DNA of 34,317 nt from an uncultured bacterium (GCA_965534055.1 CBESZZ010000002.1:1-34317); one strand, 5' to 3'. Shown: positions 7,615 through 20,052, numbered from the stretch's first letter. The notes: generated from the letters alone by a model not told the origin. Made by a program: numbers and translations.

Positions 7615-9418
7615 CCTCTCCGGACTGCAGCACGGCGAGGAAGGCGCCCTGTGGGATTTCCACGCGGCCTACCTGCTTCATGCGCTTCTTGCCTTCTTTT
7701 TGCTTCTCAAGCAGCTTGCGCTTCCGCGTGATGTCGCCGCCGTAGCACTTGGCCGTGACGTTCTTCATCAGCGCTTTGATGTTCTCGCGAGCGACAACCT
7801 TGCCGCCAATGGCTGCTTGCAGCGCAACCTCGAACATGTGGCGAGGGATCTCTGAGCGCAGCTTCTTCAGGATCTTGCGTCCGCGGCCCTCGGCTTGGTC
7901 CTTGTGGCAGATCATCGACAGTGCGTCGACCTCTTCGCCACTGACCAGGATTCGGACCTTCACCAGGTTGGATTCTTCGAAACCGTCGAGTTCGTAATCC
8001 ATCGTGCCGAAGCCACGGGTCGCGGACTTCAGGCGATCATGGAAGTCGAAGATGATCTCCGCGAAGGGCACGCGGAACGTGATCATCACGCGCTGCGCGC
8101 CGTAGTGCTCGGTCTTCGTGTACTGACCACGTCGGTCGGTGGCGAGCTTCATCACCGCGCCGATGGACTCGCTGGGCACGACGATGTTGCAGTTCACCAT
8201 CGGCTCGAGCCAACCTTCGACGACGGACGCGTCGGGCATCTCCGAGGGCGAACGGATGGTGACGATCTCGTTGTCGCGCAACCGCACCTGGTAGGTGACG
8301 GACGGTGCCGTCTGCACCAGGTCGATGTCTTCTTCACGCTCGAGACGCTGCTGGATGATCTCCATGTGCAGCAGGCCCAAGAAGCCGCAGCGGAAACCGA
8401 AACCCAACGCGTCGGACGTTTCCGGCTCGTATGTGAACGATGAGTCGTTGAGCCGTAGCTTCTCTAGCGCTTTGCGGAGGTCTTCGAAGTCGCCCGTGTT
8501 CGTTGGGTAGAACCCGCAGAACACCATGGGCTTGGGCTGACGAAAGCCTGGGAGCGCCGCGGCGCGTAGCGATTCCTTCTCGTGGGTCAACGTGTCGCCG
8601 ACGACCACATCCTGCAGCTTCTTGATGTTGGAGACGAGGTAGCCCACCTCGCCCGCGTGCAGTTCTTTGACCGGGCTCATGCGCGGCATGAGGCGCCCGA
8701 TTTCCAAGACCTCGTACTTGGTCTTGGTGCCGTGCATGCGGATCTCATCGCCCTTCTTGACGGTCCCTTGCATGACCCGCATGTAGATCACAACACCGCG
8801 GTAGTCGTCATAGATGGCGTCGAAGATCAGCGCTTGCAGTAGCGCTTTCGGATCGCCAATCGGTGGCGGAATGTTGTCGACGATCGCGCTCAGCACGGCT
8901 TCGCAGTTCTGGCCGGTCTTCGCTGAAATCGGGATCGCGTCTTCGGCCGGCAGACAGATGGCGTCTTCGACTTCGGTCGCCACTTCGTCCGCCCGGGCGT
9001 GCGGCAGGTCCATCTTGTTGAGAACCGGCAGGACTTTCAGGCTGGCCTGTTCAGCGAGGTGCGCATTGACGACTGTCTGGGCTTCGACACCTTGCGAAGC
9101 ATCGACCAGCAGGAGCGCGCCTTCACACGCCTGCAACGCCTTCAAGACTTCATAGTTGAAGTCGACGTGGCCTGGCGTGTCGATCAGGTTCAGCAGGTAG
9201 GTCTCGCCGTCCGTGTGGCAATACTGCATTGCGACGGCGCGCGCCTTGATCGTGATACCACGCTCTCGTTCGAGATCCATGTCGTCGAGAATCTGAGCGC
9301 GCATTTCGCGCTTCTCGACGGTGAGCGTCAGTTCCAACAGCCGGTCCGCCAAGGTGGACTTGCCGTGGTCCACGTGCGCGATGATGCTGAAGTTGCGGAT
9401 CTTCGAGATTTCTGTCAC
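7607..9418 (-). CDS. lepA: translation elongation factor 4 (LepA)
   Basis: IRNFSIIAHVDHGKSTLADRLL (G1), DTPGHVDF (G3), NKMD (G4) and the LepA-specific C-terminal region (CYGGDITRKRKLLEKQKEGKKRMK). Length is 603 aa. The GTG start overlaps the rdgB stop as GTGA. Confidence 0.97.
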   Translation of the reverse strand: MTEISKIRNFSIIAHVDHGKSTLADRLLELTLTVEKREMRAQILDDMDLERERGITIKARAVAMQYCHTDGETYLLNLIDTPGHVDFNYEVLKALQACEGALLLVDASQGVEAQTVVNAHLAEQASLKVLPVLNKMDLPHARADEVATEVEDAICLPAEDAIPISAKTGQNCEAVLSAIVDNIPPPIGDPKALLQALIFDAIYDDYRGVVIYMRVMQGTVKKGDEIRMHGTKTKYEVLEIGRLMPRMSPVKELHAGEVGYLVSNIKKLQDVVVGDTLTHEKESLRAAALPGFRQPKPMVFCGFYPTNTGDFEDLRKALEKLRLNDSSFTYEPETSDALGFGFRCGFLGLLHMEIIQQRLEREEDIDLVQTAPSVTYQVRLRDNEIVTIRSPSEMPDASVVEGWLEPMVNCNIVVPSESIGAVMKLATDRRGQYTKTEHYGAQRVMITFRVPFAEIIFDFHDRLKSATRGFGTMDYELDGFEESNLVKVRILVSGEEVDALSMICHKDQAEGRGRKILKKLRSEIPRHMFEVALQAAIGGKVVARENIKALMKNVTAKCYGGDITRKRKLLEKQKEGKKRMKQVGRVEIPQGAFLAVLQSGEDG

Positions 9419-10083
9419 GAATCGAGGGCGTCAGAGTGGTCGCGTAGGAACGCGAGCAGGCGGCGGAGTGCTTTGCCGCGATGGCTGATGCGGTCCTTGT
9501 CGGTCGCGGATAGCTGGGCGAACGACGTGCCGGTCGGAAAGCCTGAGCCGGATTCGGTCGAATTCGGGTCGGGGCAGAACGCGGGATCGTAGCCAAACCC
9601 GCCGCCGCCCACGGATTTCATCAGGATGTGTCCGGTGCATTGCTCCTCGGAGGCGAAGAGCACGGTGCCCGAAGCGTCGACCAGACAGAGGCTGCACACA
9701 AACGCCGCGGCGCGCTGGGCTGGTTCGAGTGCCCCGGCCCCGCGCAGTTCCTGCTGGAGCTTGTCGATGCGATCGGCGTCGTTGGCGTCTGGGCCGGCCC
9801 ACCGCGCTGATCGGACCCCTGGCCTGCCTGACAGGGCCTCGACGCACAGCCCGGAATCGTCCGCAACGGTCGCTGCTCCCACGTGCGCCGCGAGGGTCCG
9901 GGCCTTGATCGCCGCGTTGCCGGCGAAGTCCGGCGCGCTTTCCTCAGGATCGGGTGCGTCCTGGATTTCCGTGGGGTTGCGCAACCGGATCCCGAGAGGC
10001 GCGAGCAAGCGCTCCATCTCGGCAGCCTTCTTAGCGTTGCCGCTCGCGATCCACAGAGTGCGGGTCATGGTAGTTGCGGGCAA
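9415..10083 (-). CDS. rdgB: non-canonical purine NTP pyrophosphatase (RdgB/HAM1 family)
   Basis: LWIASGNAKKAAEM, ADDSGLCVEAL, GFGYDPAF and SHRGKALRRL. It occupies the conserved rph-rdgB position. Confidence 0.9.
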   Translation of the reverse strand: MPATTMTRTLWIASGNAKKAAEMERLLAPLGIRLRNPTEIQDAPDPEESAPDFAGNAAIKARTLAAHVGAATVADDSGLCVEALSGRPGVRSARWAGPDANDADRIDKLQQELRGAGALEPAQRAAAFVCSLCLVDASGTVLFASEEQCTGHILMKSVGGGGFGYDPAFCPDPNSTESGSGFPTGTSFAQLSATDKDRISHRGKALRRLLAFLRDHSDALDS

Positions 10084-10093
10084 TTCAGCGGGC

Positions 10094-10948
10094 TCAGATG
10101 CCGAGCGCCTGCTTCTGGATCTCCATCATGTCGGCGCAGGAGCGATGGGCGGCTTCGGTCAATTCCTGGAGCTGCTTAGGCGAGAATGGCCGTCCTTCGG
10201 CGGTGCCCTGGATCTCCAGGAAGTCCCCATCGCCGTTGCAGACGACGTTCATGTCGACCTCGGCGTTGCTGTCTTCCTTGTAGTCCAGGTCGACCAACAC
10301 ATCGCCGTTGACGATGCCCACGGACGTCGCGGTGGTCAGGCCGGTGCCGCGCAGCGGCCAGTCACGCAGCTGCTTGCGCTCCTCGAGGTCGAGCAACGCG
10401 TCATATAGCGCGACCGACGCCCCATTAATGGCGGTCGTGCGCGTGCCACCATCGGCCGAAATCACGTCGCAGTCGACCCACAGCGTGATTTCGGGCATCA
10501 GGCTGAGGTTCAAGCTGCCACGCAGCGCGCGCCCAATCAGCCGCTGGATCTCCTGGGATCGCCCGTCGAGCGGTCGCCCGGTGCGTCCGTCCCTGGGTTT
10601 GCGGGTGTGGGTCGATCCGGGAAGCATCGAGTATTCTGCCGTCAGCCAGCCGCCCTTGCGGCCATACATCCATTTGGGAGTTTGATCCTGCACGATCACG
10701 GTGCACAGAACGCGGGTTCGTCCGCACTCGACCAGGACGGATCCCGGGCAGTGTTCGGTGAAGGAACGGGTGAAGCGGTACGGTCGTGACCGGTCCGCAG
10801 CGCGGCCATCGGCTCGGCTCAGGGTGGGCTCCAGGCTGAATTTCGGGGAAGAAGCCAGTGCACCATAGACCGGCGGAAGGCAAATAAAACCGCGCGTCGC
10901 CCCGGGATCCCGCGTGGGGGTTGGGGTTCGTGCCGTTTCACGGCTCAC
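10094..10948 (-). CDS. rph: ribonuclease PH
   Basis: ADGRAADRSRPYRF, GSVLVECGRTRVLCTV, TAEYSMLPGSTHTR and SADGGTRTTAINGA. The only canonical in-frame start upstream of the core is the GTG at 10948. That gives about 45 extra N-terminal residues, so the true start is uncertain. Confidence 0.9.
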   Translation of the reverse strand: MSRETARTPTPTRDPGATRGFICLPPVYGALASSPKFSLEPTLSRADGRAADRSRPYRFTRSFTEHCPGSVLVECGRTRVLCTVIVQDQTPKWMYGRKGGWLTAEYSMLPGSTHTRKPRDGRTGRPLDGRSQEIQRLIGRALRGSLNLSLMPEITLWVDCDVISADGGTRTTAINGASVALYDALLDLEERKQLRDWPLRGTGLTTATSVGIVNGDVLVDLDYKEDSNAEVDMNVVCNGDGDFLEIQGTAEGRPFSPKQLQELTEAAHRSCADMMEIQKQALGI

Positions 10949-10954
10949 GCCGCG

Positions 10955-12748
10955 TCAGTCCGGGGCCACCGCGCCGTGATCGGGGGCCAGGAAGATGTCC
11001 GGTGGCAGGCTGCTCTGCTTGGACTTGGATCTCGCACCGACGCTCCGGCATGGCCCGATCATCCGCTTTAGCGCTGTCTGCAATGTCGCTGTGGCGGGTG
11101 GCTTTTGCAGTGTGTCGACCCGGGTCGCGATGGCGGGATCGCGCATCAGATCGTCCCAGGCTGGATCCGTTGCGAGGTTGTTGGCTCTTCGCGTCAGCAG
11201 AATGACCTTCACCGAGGGGTTCTTATTTAGCGATTGCATCGCCAGTGACTCGCCCGAGACCAAGCGCGCGTTGCGCTCGAGGACCAAGAGTTCGAAGCGT
11301 TCCGGTGTGGCTTCGAGCAACGCCTTGGCGGCTTCGCCGTCGGCACAGGTCATGACTGGACGATCTTCGAGCGCGCGCAGCTCGCTGGCGATCATGTTGC
11401 GAATCGCGGGGTCGCGGTCGAGCACTAGCGTGCCGCCGAATGCATGGTGGGTCGCGGTCGGCGGCACCGTGTCTTCGTCTGGCTCCGCAGCAACGATGAT
11501 CGGTTGCGGTGGTCGCATTAGCGGGATCACGACGTCGTCTTCGGCCTGCGCAAGGCCTTCGAGTACCGGCGCATCGATGTCGGACTCCGTGGCTAGATCC
11601 GCTTCCTGAGAGTTCTGCGCCGGTAGATCGACGGACACGCAGGTCCGAAAGCCCGGCTGATTCTCGACGGTGACCACCGCACCGGTGCCTTGCAGCAGGA
11701 TCTCCGCGGTGTGGAAGTCGAGCTCGGCTTCGTCTGGTTGTGAAGTGGACTCGGCGTCTGCGCTGGTGGACCGCGTGGGGCAATCGATCATGAACTCCAG
11801 GCAGACACTCCGCATGTCGTCTGCGTTGGATGTCGCCGTGATCTCAAGCTGATCCGCAGTGTCCGTGTGGCCGAGTGCGTCGACCAGGAAGCTCAGGCCA
11901 TCGCGGAGTTGCGATTCGTCTGCGAGCACCTTGGGCAGCACCTGGCCTGTTTCCAGGCTGACGCGGAACGTGCCGCTGGACTCCGCGTGGCGTTGCAGCC
12001 ATCGAAGTACCGGTTCAATTGCGACGGGCGCAAGCCGCGGTGCACTGTCGGTGCCTAACCCCCTGAGTTTGCGGCGGAACCGCTGAAGCTTCTCGACAGC
12101 GCTCCAGAGGTCCTGGGACCGAAACGAGAACTGCGCCGAGTCGCCGTAGGACTCGACCAAGCGATTCGATTGCACCGCGATCGAATCCGTCGCGTACCCC
12201 AACTCATCGGCCAACGCGCGGTAGTGAGAGGCCGCAATCGGTGATCGGCTCGGACGGTTTGCGCCTGCTTCTTGGCCGGTGGGTGTGGCGGACGATGCAC
12301 TCTCTTGAATGGCGGCGAACTCGGCTGCATCTACGGACCGCGCGTCGATCAAGATGCCCCCTGCATGGGTGGCCTCGTCGCTTGCTCCGCCTTCGACCGC
12401 CCATGCCGCGAGTTGCACGAGACCGCGGCGCGCTTCCAGGTCCGAACTCGAGCCCGCAACGGCAAGGTCGGCAGGGGATCGAAGAGGAAGGGTCATGGCC
12501 GGAGGTTCGGACGTGACCTCTGTTGCTGCGGGGGGACCCAGAACCTCGGTTCGCAGAACTGCCGCCGTCTGGGATTCGCCCACGCTGAATTGCGGTGTGC
12601 CGCCTGAGCGGATGCGGCGCACGAGCCACTGACATGCGAGGCACGTCACGACTCCAGCGGCGATTAGTGAGAGAGGCTGCATGGGACGCGCAGCAGCGTA
12701 TCCGCTCGCCGCGGAATTCGTGTGACGGATGGCGCTTCGGTCTTTCAA
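10955..12748 (-). CDS. membrane-anchored protein with degenerate histidine-kinase-like ATPase region and C-terminal pseudo-receiver domain
   Basis: One N-terminal TM (LSLIAAGVVTCLACQWLV). The middle region is laid out like DHp plus HATPase_c, but the key residues are changed (LSFLVDALGH in place of the N box; MIDCPTR in place of DxGxG). The C-terminus is receiver-like (TLVLDRDPAIRNMI ... FELLVLERNA ... VKVILLTRR), with E where the phospho-accepting D is expected. The start is the TTG at 12748 or the ATG at 12682. Confidence 0.6.
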   Translation of the reverse strand: MKDRSAIRHTNSAASGYAAARPMQPLSLIAAGVVTCLACQWLVRRIRSGGTPQFSVGESQTAAVLRTEVLGPPAATEVTSEPPAMTLPLRSPADLAVAGSSSDLEARRGLVQLAAWAVEGGASDEATHAGGILIDARSVDAAEFAAIQESASSATPTGQEAGANRPSRSPIAASHYRALADELGYATDSIAVQSNRLVESYGDSAQFSFRSQDLWSAVEKLQRFRRKLRGLGTDSAPRLAPVAIEPVLRWLQRHAESSGTFRVSLETGQVLPKVLADESQLRDGLSFLVDALGHTDTADQLEITATSNADDMRSVCLEFMIDCPTRSTSADAESTSQPDEAELDFHTAEILLQGTGAVVTVENQPGFRTCVSVDLPAQNSQEADLATESDIDAPVLEGLAQAEDDVVIPLMRPPQPIIVAAEPDEDTVPPTATHHAFGGTLVLDRDPAIRNMIASELRALEDRPVMTCADGEAAKALLEATPERFELLVLERNARLVSGESLAMQSLNKNPSVKVILLTRRANNLATDPAWDDLMRDPAIATRVDTLQKPPATATLQTALKRMIGPCRSVGARSKSKQSSLPPDIFLAPDHGAVAPD

Positions 12749-12865
12749 GCCACGCAGATCGCGGCCGAGCGCGGAGATTTGGCGGCTGTCTCGCCCGTGA
12801 CGACGCTGGATTGCGGGATGTGCCGCTTCGAGGCGGACGCCGCGCTTCGCTGCTGGATCGAGGAG

Positions 12866-14026
12866 CTACTGTTCGCCGAACACGAATGTGTGTTCGATCC
12901 AGCCGAAGCTCAGCGCACTCGGCGTCTCGACGATTCGATCGTCGACTTTCAGACCACCGCAAGAACGCAGCAGGGTCACCGCGTGGAACGAGGAGCCGCG
13001 TTCGTGGATCGCTTCGAACGTGTCCGTGCACCGATGGGTGACGAACGATCGTGGCAGGCCCAGGAAGCGCATGCGCACGCGATGGTTCGGTCGGTCGTTG
13101 TGCAGTGCAATGCGCAAAGTAAGCGGTCCGGGCTCGCAACCGGTCCATACCATGCGGCAGGGAATCTCTACCGGTCCGCGGCCAAGCCAACCACGTAGCA
13201 CGAGAAGGTCTGCGCCCTTCTTGCGGACGTGCAGCACGGGTTTCAAGAATTTGGGATCAAACAGCCGCGGTCGCTCGCCGTCCTCGGCGACGAACGCTTC
13301 TAGCGTGCCTTGATCGGTGCGGTCTTCGATTCGAAGCGCTCCTTCCCCGCGCACTCCCGCGCCTCGATCGAGAACAATCAATCCGTGCTTCCTGGAGAAC
13401 CGCAGCCGTGCGCCCGCGGACGCAACCAACAGGTCCTTTGCGCGGCGCAGTTCTTTGGGGCCCTGGATCAGCGCACCCTGGGTTAGGTCTTCGGCGTCGA
13501 CGAGCGCATCAAACGCGGCTTGGTGTGACGTCGCCGATTCATGTGCCGTCCAAATGCCGCGCAGCTCCTCGTCAGGATGGCGAGGTGCAGGTGGCAGAGT
13601 GCCGGCGATTGTTGCGGCGTCGGCGGCGTGAAGATCCGCGTCGCCGTTGCCCAGCGAGTCTTGATGAAGCACCTGCAAGGCGTTGGCGAGGCACGCATGC
13701 CAGCCCAACGCAACCGAGTCCTGCACGGCGCCGGTGAGGGAGTGCCAGTCGTCGGGTGGGACGTCTCGTAGGCTGCGCTGCGCTTCGGTTTTGGCGGACG
13801 AGTTTGCGGTGTCCCAGGCGTCTAGCACACGCGCGAGCAAGAGCTTCGATCCGACGCGGGCGTCCGCCGGCGCTGCGCTGGGTGTTTGGATTGAAGGTTG
13901 TGTCCCGCTCGATTTTGTCTCGCCTGGCTGGGCGCCCTCTGGCCGTGCATGTGCGAGAGCTTCGAGCGCCTCATCAAGCGTTCGAGCTCCGTGCAGCTTG
14001 GCTGTAGAGGCCAACGCTTGGGTCAA
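12866..14026 (-). CDS. hypothetical protein resembling the middle and C-terminal parts of a GH38 (mannosylglycerate hydrolase-type) enzyme, catalytic N-domain absent
   Basis: LQVLHQDSLGNGDADLH resembles the HDSICG..D.VH segment of GH38 proteins. RIEDRTDQGTLEAFV resembles the ED.GD.GD.Y segment, and IALHNDRPNHRVRMRF resembles the DHRLRV.F segment. These matches are from memory of the family. Only 386 aa. The TTG start overlaps the methyltransferase stop (TTGA). Confidence 0.55.
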   Translation of the reverse strand: MTQALASTAKLHGARTLDEALEALAHARPEGAQPGETKSSGTQPSIQTPSAAPADARVGSKLLLARVLDAWDTANSSAKTEAQRSLRDVPPDDWHSLTGAVQDSVALGWHACLANALQVLHQDSLGNGDADLHAADAATIAGTLPPAPRHPDEELRGIWTAHESATSHQAAFDALVDAEDLTQGALIQGPKELRRAKDLLVASAGARLRFSRKHGLIVLDRGAGVRGEGALRIEDRTDQGTLEAFVAEDGERPRLFDPKFLKPVLHVRKKGADLLVLRGWLGRGPVEIPCRMVWTGCEPGPLTLRIALHNDRPNHRVRMRFLGLPRSFVTHRCTDTFEAIHERGSSFHAVTLLRSCGGLKVDDRIVETPSALSFGWIEHTFVFGEQ

Positions 14027-14718
14027 TTCGGCGCGCGCGTGATGGTGACGTGGCGGTCCGAAGTCTGTTCGACCTTGGCGTCCTGCAGCCCGACCGAATC
14101 CGCGACGTGACGCAGTTCATCCAACGTGAGCGCCGCGTGCAGGCTTTCTGCGAACAGCTTCTTGTGCGATGGCGTGCCGTTCGCAACGTGCTCGTTGACC
14201 AGCGCCTGCAGCGCCGCTTCACTGCTGGGTCGCACCAGGTCCCGCACGAACAAGATGCCATCCGCAGCCAGCACTCGCTTCGCCTCCGCTAGGAACTCCG
14301 AGGGCCGTGGGATGTGGTGCAGGATCGTGTTGGAAAAGACCGCATCGAACGAGCCGTCTTCGAACGGCAGCGCTTTCACGTCGGCCTGGTGCAGCTCGAT
14401 CCGTGAGGCGTAGCCCGCGCTCTGGACCTTGGGCCGTGCGATGTCGAGCATGGTTGCCGCCGCGTCGACTCCGACGAGCCGCAGTTCGGCGACCCGATCC
14501 GCCAAGAGGATCGGAATGTCCGCTGGTCCGGTACCGAGGTCCAGAACGTGCTTGAAGGAGCCACCCAGAGCCTGGGCCGTGCCGGCCTTCACGCAGGTGG
14601 CACGGAATGCCAGGAAGTCGTCTACGACGCGCGCGTTAGCCGCGCTGTTGTCCATGGCGTCGTAGGAGTCTGACTCCTCTGAGGTGTCCATGTATTCCGG
14701 TTCGAGGATGCGCTTCAT
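14023..14718 (-). CDS. class I SAM-dependent methyltransferase
   Basis: Motif I VLDLGTGPADI, acidic loop LVGVDAA, post-I/II FDAVFSNTILHHI and ADGILFVRDL. ATG start. Confidence 0.85.
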   Translation of the reverse strand: MKRILEPEYMDTSEESDSYDAMDNSAANARVVDDFLAFRATCVKAGTAQALGGSFKHVLDLGTGPADIPILLADRVAELRLVGVDAAATMLDIARPKVQSAGYASRIELHQADVKALPFEDGSFDAVFSNTILHHIPRPSEFLAEAKRVLAADGILFVRDLVRPSSEAALQALVNEHVANGTPSHKKLFAESLHAALTLDELRHVADSVGLQDAKVEQTSDRHVTITRAPN

Positions 14719-14735
14719 GTGAGCAGTCTCGCAGG

Positions 14736-15359
14736 TTGTGGGGCGGAGCGGGTGAGGAAAACGGTCATGCTTTTGGCTCCGAGGACCCGGCAGAGGTTCT
14801 GCATCTGGGCAAGGACGCAGCTTGGTCTTCGCTGCCGTCGTTAGGTGAGTTCACGACGGGTTTTCCAGTGGCCAGGGGCCTCGTCAAGTTCTGGTGCCGG
14901 AGTGGTTCGCTGAATGCAGACTCCGTGGCGATTCGCGGCACCGGGAGTTTGATCCTCGATTCTGACGTGATGGTGGTTGGCGCCAATGGCGGTCCGGGCG
15001 TGGACCCTCGCGTGTTGGCTCGCGTGACGTCGATTCCGACCGTTCGGACGACGGGTGCGTCGATTGGCGGCACCGCGCAGGTCGCGTTCGATGGTAGTCC
15101 TAACGAGGCGTGGCTGTTGGCGATTGGCGAATCCTGCAGCCCGCGCGTGGTGCCCGGTGTGTTGGGTGCACTTTGGATCAGTGACCAGCAGCTCGCAGCG
15201 GTGGGCGTCTTCCCGAGTTCGGGCTCCGCGAGTTCCAGTCTCACAATCGCCAACGACCCTGGGCTGCGCGGCCTGCAGCTTGTTTATCAAGCCGTCGCGA
15301 CGGCAGCGGGCGAAGAGTTGCGCTTCTTCAATCCCGCGATGTTCTCCGTGGGTTTGTAG
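14736..15359 (+). CDS. hypothetical protein carrying a C-terminal module shared with the secreted protein at 24594..25766; no signal peptide, possible remnant
   Basis: TTG-initiated ORF with moderately G/C-rich third positions. The C-terminus (SGSASSSLTIANDPGLRGLQLVYQAVATAAGEELRFFNPAMFSVGL) is collinear with the end of the 24594..25766 product. A competing antisense ORF (14765..15253) looks like a shadow. Confidence 0.4.
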   Translation: MWGGAGEENGHAFGSEDPAEVLHLGKDAAWSSLPSLGEFTTGFPVARGLVKFWCRSGSLNADSVAIRGTGSLILDSDVMVVGANGGPGVDPRVLARVTSIPTVRTTGASIGGTAQVAFDGSPNEAWLLAIGESCSPRVVPGVLGALWISDQQLAAVGVFPSSGSASSSLTIANDPGLRGLQLVYQAVATAAGEELRFFNPAMFSVGL

Positions 15360-15546
15360 AGAAGTCGAAACTTGCCATGCCGATGCGGCTAGAGGCCGCG
15401 TGTCTATTCTTAGCTACCGTGTCCCAGCCATGATCGGGATCCCGCTCGCCATTGGGGTCCCGTTCGCGTTGTTGTTTTGGCCTTCGGAACTGATTGGCGT
15501 TGGTTGAGGCTCTCACCACTTCGATCAGTTCGATCGAGCCGAACTC

Positions 15547-16032
15547 TTGCATTGGGCCAAGGCCGATGAGTTTGACGTCAACTCTTGGCGGTTCGCCGAG
15601 AACCTTGCGAGCTGGAGCGGCGATGTAGGCGTTGTTGAGGCCCTCGCCGAGGGCGCGCTGGCAGCAGACGAAGCCCAGTTTCCGAGCTACGTTCGAGTTC
15701 TTGCCTGGGCGAGTGTTTGGTGCCCTGCGTTGTCGATGATCGCCCAGCGGGGTGCGGCTGACCTGGACTGTCTCGTTGAACACGGGCTGGCCGAGTTTGC
15801 CACGGTGGTGCGTCGGAGCGACGCCATGTTGGATCCTGTCGTCGCAAGGCTGGTGTGGGGCTATTCGCAGGCCTGTTTCGAGAAAGGGCGAACCCGCAGT
15901 GGATTGTCCGTCTTCGATCTCTTCGGCACGTTCGAGGAGTCTCTCGCAGGCAACGAAAAGAGGCTTGAGATGCGTGCCGCCTCTCCGGCCCTTAGGTCGG
16001 TCGCGGGGCTGACCACTCAGGGCGCCAGATGA
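15547..16032 (+). CDS. hypothetical protein (weakly supported)
   Basis: The ORF starts at a TTG. Third-position G/C is similar to metH by eye, and the sequence is helical and Ala/Leu-rich with no recognisable motif. The overlapping minus ORF 15328..15783 is Arg-rich and looks non-coding. Confidence 0.3.
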   Translation: MHWAKADEFDVNSWRFAENLASWSGDVGVVEALAEGALAADEAQFPSYVRVLAWASVWCPALSMIAQRGAADLDCLVEHGLAEFATVVRRSDAMLDPVVARLVWGYSQACFEKGRTRSGLSVFDLFGTFEESLAGNEKRLEMRAASPALRSVAGLTTQGAR

Positions 16033-16330
16033 CGCCTGGAACTTGATGTAGAGGTTGGAAGCATCCGGACGGAGTGAGGTTTCGAATGAAGTGTCCGCCT
16101 CGGTAGAGAAGCGGGCGCTCGGTGCCTGCCTGAATAAGGCAGAAATGGGTGAGTGAGAGTCTCAGGGCGCGGCTCGGTGAAAGACCCGGCCAGACGGGGA
16201 GTTCGGCAGAGCCACCCATCCCGCCAGTTCGATCACCCAGCCGTCGTGCGGATTGGGCTAGAGTTCTCGCCCATCGCACACGGCAGGCCGCTCCTGCGGC
16301 CGCCTCGCTCGCATCAGCCCAGCCTCCCGA

Positions 16331-19864
<3,534 letters not shown>

Positions 19865-20052
19865 AGGGCTCGGTTGCGTGCGCGGTCGGCGTAGTCTGTC
19901 GCGTGCGGTGGGCCGTCTGAACCCCGGTACCAAGGGCTAAACCCTCAGGTCTGGGTGAAAGGTCCACTCACTCTGCCGCAAAACTGAACCAGGACTCTGG
20001 TTCTAGACGATGAGAAGTCCTTCTCTTCCGTCTTCATCGCAGCATTCCCCAC

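Noticed and set aside
5920-7731. Plus-strand ORFs 5920..6870 (316 aa) and 6949..7731 (260 aa) opposite lepB.
   Set aside because: They are antisense to a signal peptidase gene with all catalytic boxes. Their products are Arg/Val/His-rich shadows.
12204-13190. 328-aa minus-strand ORF spanning the gap between two minus-strand genes.
   Set aside because: It is extremely Arg/Pro/Ser-rich (about every third residue R by eye), in a different frame from the two motif-bearing genes it overlaps.
16110-16235. Cobalamin-riboswitch-like fragments in the metH leader: GGTGCC, AATAAGGCAGAAATGGGTGAG, GCCAGACGGGGAGTTCGGC and CCCGCCAGTT.
   Set aside because: The B12-box-like element precedes the CCCGCCA(C)TG-like element, the reverse of the canonical order. 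The GGGAA/GGTG.GAA.CC core is imperfect. A B12 riboswitch in front of a B12-dependent synthase would also be atypical. This needs cmscan; it is not callable by eye.
19986-20003. Hairpin GAACCAG-GACT-CTGGTTC downstream of metH as a terminator.
   Set aside because: It is a 7-bp stem with no following U-tract, about 120 nt from the metH stop. That is insufficient to call an intrinsic terminator.
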